Below are positions 26,424-31,669 of a stretch of 31,669 nucleotides of DNA, one piece after another (the first letter of the stretch is position 1; the number at the start of each line of letters is the position of its first letter). Under the pieces are notes generated by a model. It had not been told where the DNA came from, ran no database searches, and worked only from the letters and a program-made list of their open reading frames with translations. Both the position numbers and the translations under genes were made by a program. Source of the stretch: Candidatus Krumholzibacteriia bacterium (lineage in GTDB: Bacteria > Krumholzibacteriota > Krumholzibacteriia > LZORAL124-64-63). The DNA is taken from contig DAOWLV010000001.1 in assembly GCA_030643455.1 (NCBI GenBank), forward strand, positions 1 through 31,669, in the 5' to 3' direction.

Positions 26424-29400
26424 ATGCGGATAAAGTCGATATCCATCCTGGTGGTGCTGGTGATCTGCGCCTGGCTCCTGCCCGGTCAGGATGTTCGGGG
26501 CGAAGATGCGCCGCCTGCGATGAATTCCCTGCCTTTCCCACCCGGCGCCGGGGTGGATCTATCCAGGGTCAGGAACGTTTTGAAATCCCGGATAGGTCCG
26601 GTTTGCGACGATGGGGCCAAGGATCTGCAAAGCCGTCGCCTTGCCGGGGAGAAAGCTCCCGGCACCCTCAACGCCATCCTGCTGATGTGCGATTTTTCGG
26701 ACAGCCTCATGCTCGGCCGGCATGGCGAGGTTCCCGGTGATTTTCCCCCGCCCATGCAGACGGACCGGTATTACGCCGCCCACGATTCTGTCTTCTTTCA
26801 GCATCTGATGGGTGATGTGGAGGATTATTTCGACGAGGTCAGCGGAGGACGGTTGACGGTCAACACCACGGTCCACCCCCGCACGGTGAATCTGGCGAAT
26901 CCCATGTGGTTCTACGGCAACCATCCGGAAGAGGGGGAACAGCAGATCCTGATGGCCGCCAGGGTGGTGGAAAGACTCGATGCCGAGATCGATTTTCCCG
27001 CCTACGACACCGTCATCCTGGTTCACGCCGGGGCGGGCGAGGAGACCGACATCCTGGGCAACAGTCCGGAACAGATTTTCAGCACCTATCTGGATCCCGA
27101 TGATTTCGCTCGGGCGGCCCAGGACAGCATTCTGGATACTCCCTACATTCCCGCCGCAGGGTTTCCACCCGGAACAGGGATCGATCGTGTCCTGGTCCTG
27201 CCCGAAACCGAGCAGCAGGATCCGGTCGGCGCCTTCACCGGCGGCTTCGGCAGCCTCGGTGTCTACTGCTTCGAGGTGGGGCTGCACCTGGGCATGCTTT
27301 CCCTCAGTGATTTCACTCCCTCGGGAAGGCCCGACAGCCAGGGAATCGGCCAGTTCGGGCTGATGGGCTATGGCCTGTTCGTGGGCCTGGGTTTCATCCC
27401 GCCCCATCCCTGCGCCTACAACAAGTATCTGATGGGCTGGCTGGATCCGTACGATGCACAGATCATGACGGGCAGTCAGTGGCGGCTGACACCCAGCGAG
27501 CGGCCGGACGATCCGGAGGCCTGTGCCCGGGTGAGCATCACTGGTCAGGAATACTGGTTGCTGGAATACCGGTTGCAGGATCCCAACGGCGACCGGCGGT
27601 TCACCTTCTCCGGAGATCTGAACGGAAACGGCCTGCCGGATTTTTTCGACTTTGATTCGGAGAACGGCGACGGAACCCCGACGGGCAAGTTCGACCCGGA
27701 TTTCGACATCCGGGAGAGGATGACCGATGCCGAATGGGACTTTTCCATGAGCGAGAACAATGCGCGCGGTCCTGGTGAACTTGGGGCCGGGAGTGGGGTG
27801 TATATCTGGCATATCGACGAAGGCGTCATCCAGGACGTGTTTGACGCCCCGGGCAACCTGTTCAACGCCGACCCTGCCCGAAAGTCCGTGGACCTCGAGG
27901 AAGCCGACCGGATCCAGGATCTGGATTCCCACCAACCATCGGATTTCATGCTGGGCGGGGACGACGACAGCTACCGTGGGGAAGACGTCCACGTGTTCGA
28001 CGCCCGGACCCTGCCGCCGACCGATACGGCCGGCGGGGCGGCCACGGGGATAGTCTTCCGTGATTTCAACGATGTCGTGGTGGATTCCCAGGGTTACGTG
28101 GCTGTTTTCGAGGGCATCGAATACTGGGGTTACGAGTACGCCGACATGATGACCTTCACGCTCACAACGGAAATCGATCCCGGAGCCGGGCCGGTCATGA
28201 GCGCCCGGCGTGAACTTCCCGGCGGAACGGACCTGACCGGTTCCCATGTCCTGATCGCCCCGCTGGAAATCGCCGGCGCCCTGGAACAGATCATTCTCGC
28301 TGGGCAGCATGGTGAGGTCTTCGTGCTGGACGGCGAGTTGAACGAATTCCTGGATCACGACGGAGACCCCGGCACCCTGGAACCGTTCACCACCGGAATG
28401 CGGGCGGGCGAGCCGGTGGCGTGGAACCTACCCCCGGCGGCCGGCGACCTCGATCACGACGGGGAAGTTGAAATCGTATTGACCGGTCCCAAGGGGATCT
28501 ACGCCTTCAAGGCGGACGCTGGTCCGGTCCGGGATATCGAACCGGGCGTGGTAGGTCTGTACCAGGACCTGCCCGCTTGCGAATTGCCCCCGATCCTGTT
28601 GCCAGCGGACTTCCTGGCGACCGGTGCGGAATCCATGTTCGTTTCCACCTGTGTGGTGGTTCTGGAGGCCGGCGAAACCTCCCTGCGGTTCTTTGACGGA
28701 CCGGATGCCACGGCTGGATTCGTCTTCAACCTTGGCAGCGTGCTGGTGCCTTCGATTCCCGTCCTGGCCGAGGAGTTCCTGCTGACCGCAGTGGCTGACA
28801 CCGCCGGCGGCGCCCATCGTCTGGTTGTTCTGGACCTGACACCCTCGGCCATTCCCGAGGACCCGGTCCAGCTGGAACTTCCCTTGGCCGGTGAACCCGG
28901 CTCCTTCCCGGTTACCTGGGGGCTTGTGCCCGGCTCTCCGGCCGACGCTCCCATCTATTTTGCGATCATCGTCGACCGTTTCGGTCACGGCGAGACGGTT
29001 TTCTTTGACGACGAGTTGCGCAAGGCCAGTGACAACATGGTCTGGACACCGGACGTGGAGATCCACTCTCCGCTCGCGGTCGGCGCCTCTTTCGTGGGTC
29101 CCGATGTCCTGGGACGGGTAGGCCATACCGGCTACTGGCTGGACGGTTGGCCCAGGAGACCCATCGAATCCATTTCGGCGGTCGACGGTCCGGGCGCGGG
29201 ATCGCCTCTGGTGGCCGAACTGGTGGATTCCTTGCGCCCCCTGGACCAGTACATTTTCCCCACCCGGGACGGACGGTTATACGGGTTTGACACCATGGGC
29301 GGGACACAGTACGGATGGCCTTTGGGTGGCCCCTCCCGCAGCGCCGGCAGCCCGGCCCTGGGTGTGCTGACGGGGGAGCCTCTGCTGGATCTTGTGGCTA

Positions 29401-29885
29401 TCGGGTCCTTTGACCGGATCACCGGCGTCGGTACCGACAGCACCGGCCTGGACACCGATTTCGTGTCCACGATGACCGTGTGGCGGGATGTGGCGCTCAC
29501 CGGATCGATCTGGCCGATGGCCGGTGGATCAGCCTGGCGCAACGGTTCCTTCGATGCCGCCGGACGGGTTGTTCTTCCGATCACCGCCCAGGGAACAGGA
29601 CTTGTTCCGGGCAGTCATCGTTGTTCTCCCAGCCCGCTTCTGTCAGGACCTCTCCAGGTGAGGGGCCAGGTCAGGTCCCGGGCCCGGGCGCGGGCATTCA
29701 TCTATAATCTGGAGGGGGAGGAAGTGGTTTCCACCGGATGGCAGGATGTGGCGGCCGTTGAACCCTTCTCCATCGAAGTTGCCTTGGACGGAACAGCGAC
29801 AGGGATTTATATTTGCCGGCTCGTGGTCGAGTCGACGGGTGGTGGAACGGACCATAGTGTGGTGCAGTTCGCGGTCGTGCGTTAG
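26424..29885 (+). CDS. Large secreted M6 (immune inhibitor A)-like protein with degenerate zinc motif, FG-GAP/DxDxDG-type motifs and a T9SS-like C-terminal domain
   Basis: Signal peptide; M6-like landmarks (YFDEVSGGRL, VILVHAGAGEE, GIGQFGLMGYG, KYLMGWL, EYWLLEYR, GVYIWHIDE); FEVGLHLG in place of HExGHxLG; DLNGNGLPD and DLDHDGEVEIV; C-terminal SPSP...IYNLEG...GIYICRL...VVR. Confidence 0.78.
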   Translation: MRIKSISILVVLVICAWLLPGQDVRGEDAPPAMNSLPFPPGAGVDLSRVRNVLKSRIGPVCDDGAKDLQSRRLAGEKAPGTLNAILLMCDFSDSLMLGRHGEVPGDFPPPMQTDRYYAAHDSVFFQHLMGDVEDYFDEVSGGRLTVNTTVHPRTVNLANPMWFYGNHPEEGEQQILMAARVVERLDAEIDFPAYDTVILVHAGAGEETDILGNSPEQIFSTYLDPDDFARAAQDSILDTPYIPAAGFPPGTGIDRVLVLPETEQQDPVGAFTGGFGSLGVYCFEVGLHLGMLSLSDFTPSGRPDSQGIGQFGLMGYGLFVGLGFIPPHPCAYNKYLMGWLDPYDAQIMTGSQWRLTPSERPDDPEACARVSITGQEYWLLEYRLQDPNGDRRFTFSGDLNGNGLPDFFDFDSENGDGTPTGKFDPDFDIRERMTDAEWDFSMSENNARGPGELGAGSGVYIWHIDEGVIQDVFDAPGNLFNADPARKSVDLEEADRIQDLDSHQPSDFMLGGDDDSYRGEDVHVFDARTLPPTDTAGGAATGIVFRDFNDVVVDSQGYVAVFEGIEYWGYEYADMMTFTLTTEIDPGAGPVMSARRELPGGTDLTGSHVLIAPLEIAGALEQIILAGQHGEVFVLDGELNEFLDHDGDPGTLEPFTTGMRAGEPVAWNLPPAAGDLDHDGEVEIVLTGPKGIYAFKADAGPVRDIEPGVVGLYQDLPACELPPILLPADFLATGAESMFVSTCVVVLEAGETSLRFFDGPDATAGFVFNLGSVLVPSIPVLAEEFLLTAVADTAGGAHRLVVLDLTPSAIPEDPVQLELPLAGEPGSFPVTWGLVPGSPADAPIYFAIIVDRFGHGETVFFDDELRKASDNMVWTPDVEIHSPLAVGASFVGPDVLGRVGHTGYWLDGWPRRPIESISAVDGPGAGSPLVAELVDSLRPLDQYIFPTRDGRLYGFDTMGGTQYGWPLGGPSRSAGSPALGVLTGEPLLDLVAIGSFDRITGVGTDSTGLDTDFVSTMTVWRDVALTGSIWPMAGGSAWRNGSFDAAGRVVLPITAQGTGLVPGSHRCSPSPLLSGPLQVRGQVRSRARARAFIYNLEGEEVVSTGWQDVAAVEPFSIEVALDGTATGIYICRLVVESTGGGTDHSVVQFAVVR

Positions 29886-29948
29886 CAGGCCGTTGCTTTG
29901 GTGGACCCGTCGGCAGGATGGGCCCCGATGAACAAGGAAAGGTTTCCC

Positions 29949-30887
29949 ATGGTTGGCTACAGGAATAAGAAAGTGATGACCTTGCTGGCATTGTTTGTCC
30001 TGGCGGTCGCGTTTGCGCCAGGCGCCCGGGCGGGGAGCCCCGGCGATGCCGGCCTGCTTTCGCTGCGGATGGGCATCGGCGCTCGCGAGGCAGCCATGGG
30101 GGAGACGGGAGTCGCCTCGAGTTTCGGCGCCTCCGCCATTTACTGGAACCCGGCCAACAATGTCTTCGCCGACTTCGAAACCGGTCTTGTCCTCCAGCAT
30201 CACCGCTACCTGGGCCTATTCAACCACGAGTCCGCCGCGCTGGCCCACAAAGTGGGCAATGGCGTCCTGGGCTTTCTTTTCATGGGCTTCTATTCCGATT
30301 CCATCGATCGTTACGGTTCCGAACCCGTCGGCATTCCCGAGGGTACGTTCAAGCCCTACGACGTCGCCTTTGCGGTTTCGTACGCCCATCCGCTGGGTGA
30401 TAGTTTCGCCGCCGCGGTCAACGCCAAGTTCATCTACGAGAAGATCGACATCTATTCCGACGTCGGGTTCGCCTTCGACTTCTTCCTCACGCACAAGTCC
30501 CTCATCGAGGGTCTGATGTTCGCCGCCAGTGCGACCAACGTCGGCGGCCAGATGAATCTGAAAGACGAACCCTTCGACCTGCCCACCGCGCTCAGGGTAG
30601 GGGCGGCCTGGACTCCGGTCGGCGATTTCCTCCAGGAAAAACTGACCCTGGCCGGTGATGTGGTTTTCCCCAACGACACGAAGGAGAAGGCCCACCTCGG
30701 GGCGGAACTCAACCTCATTCCCGAATTTTCCCTGCGGATTGGCACGCGGATCAATTACGACAACCAGGGCCTGACCGCCGGAGCCGGCTTCCGGACCGGA
30801 GTTCTGGGCGTGGACTACGCCTACGAGGAATCGACCGTCGAGGGTTTTGACGACGGACACAAGTTCTCGCTCAACCTGGTCTGGTAG
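29949..30887 (+). CDS. PorV/PorQ-family (UPF0164/FadL-like) outer-membrane beta-barrel protein
   Basis: Signal peptide; LRMGIGAREAAMGE...ASAIYWNPA family signature; alternating beta-strands; C-terminal VDYAY...HKFSLNLVW ending in an aromatic residue. ATG 29949 has AAGGAAAGG upstream (alternative ATG 29928). Confidence 0.85.
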   Translation: MVGYRNKKVMTLLALFVLAVAFAPGARAGSPGDAGLLSLRMGIGAREAAMGETGVASSFGASAIYWNPANNVFADFETGLVLQHHRYLGLFNHESAALAHKVGNGVLGFLFMGFYSDSIDRYGSEPVGIPEGTFKPYDVAFAVSYAHPLGDSFAAAVNAKFIYEKIDIYSDVGFAFDFFLTHKSLIEGLMFAASATNVGGQMNLKDEPFDLPTALRVGAAWTPVGDFLQEKLTLAGDVVFPNDTKEKAHLGAELNLIPEFSLRIGTRINYDNQGLTAGAGFRTGVLGVDYAYEESTVEGFDDGHKFSLNLVW

Positions 30888-30922
30888 GAATGGGCTGCGC
30901 CGCCAGTACGCCCGATATCTTC

Positions 30923-31669
30923 CTAGAGAACCGGGAGGGGGTCCCGGTCAAAATCCAGGAGACGGAATTCGCCCTGCTGGAGAAGGCCGTAACCGAGGGT
31001 GCCGAGCCAGCCGGGCAGGCAGGCCATCTGCAGGGAGCCGGCTTCGATCTGGAAGCCATGGTGAACATGACCCATGACCGTGAGATCCCAGTCCCCGTCG
31101 TCCTGGCGTTCAAGCCAGTCGCTGGCCCTGGTCACGATCCGGGAGGCCTCGTCCCTGGTGGCGGACCTGCTCTGGCCGCTGAGCCAGGTGCTGATGGCAA
31201 ACAGGATCTCGGGGTGGAGGGATTTGGCCAGAACAATTCCGGCCCGAGTGCGTACAACCGCCCTGAAGGCATTGTAGGCCCAGTCGAATTTCAGGAGACC
31301 GTCGCCGTGGATGAACTGGAGGCGCCGGTCTCCGAAATGGATGATTTCGGTTTCGCCCGTGGGGCTGCACCCGTACCTTTGGTGCATGAATCCCGCGGCC
31401 CAGATATCATGGTTGCCGCCGATGAAGTGAATCCTGGTACCGGCATCCCGGACCCGGTCCAGACCCTGGAGGATAGGGTCATAACCCTTCAGGCGGAAAT
31501 GGGGATAGTCGAACCAGAAATCGAAGATGTCTCCCAACAGGACGAGGTGGTCCGCCTGGGCGGCCAGTTCGAGAAGTTCCAGGAACCTGGCCACCCGCTG
31601 GAGCTCGGGCTGATCGGGAATCAGATGAAAATGGGAATCGGCCACGATAATGGCCGTGGGTTGTTTCAA
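30923..31669 (-). CDS. UDP-2,3-diacylglucosamine diphosphatase (LpxH-like metallophosphoesterase); start at the window edge
   Basis: ADSH, LLGDIFDFW, GGNHD, IHGD and MGHVH calcineurin-like motifs in LpxH-type spacing. Confidence 0.85.
   Translation of the reverse strand: MKQPTAIIVADSHFHLIPDQPELQRVARFLELLELAAQADHLVLLGDIFDFWFDYPHFRLKGYDPILQGLDRVRDAGTRIHFIGGNHDIWAAGFMHQRYGCSPTGETEIIHFGDRRLQFIHGDGLLKFDWAYNAFRAVVRTRAGIVLAKSLHPEILFAISTWLSGQSRSATRDEASRIVTRASDWLERQDDGDWDLTVMGHVHHGFQIEAGSLQMACLPGWLGTLGYGLLQQGEFRLLDFDRDPLPVL

Noticed and set aside
26559-28358. 599-aa minus-strand ORF and other long antisense or alternate-frame ORFs (e.g. 1692-3032, 9601-10776, 12468-13820)
   Set aside because: Shadow ORFs opposite well-supported genes in GC-rich DNA; no recognisable motifs.

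Overview
GC-rich bacterial window with about 21 genes. The PorV/PorQ gene, a T9SS-like C-terminal domain, Bat genes and two sigma-54 activators suggest an FCB-affiliated lineage such as Krumholzibacteriota or Latescibacterota (inference only). Left two thirds, mostly housekeeping: batB-batC and batD-batE fusions, queD, an HDOD protein, tdk, an ATGA-coupled btpA-rmlB-B3/4-M28 peptidase operon, a CDF transporter, a long-chain acyl-CoA ligase split by a 1-nt frameshift, mutY, an Rrf2 regulator, rlmN and an NtrC-family response regulator. The most interesting part is 18.6-30.9 kb. A 103-aa secreted Gly/Asp-rich protein with a hydrophobic C-terminus precedes a 1042-aa TPR-GAF-AAA+-HTH sigma-54 activator with no receiver domain. 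An AT-rich 870-bp intergenic region follows, with two correctly spaced sigma-54 promoters. The first points into a ~317-nt hairpin-tiled region ending in a U-tract, a candidate ncRNA. The second drives an FN3 lipoprotein and a DUF4384/CxxCH protein. After a second structured intergenic element, a sigma-70 promoter drives an M6-fold protein lacking its zinc ligands and a PorV/PorQ barrel. I propose, as inference, a peptide/TPR-receptor signalling circuit wired to sigma-54, an sRNA and cell-surface proteins. No tRNA, rRNA, CRISPR array or transposase was seen.
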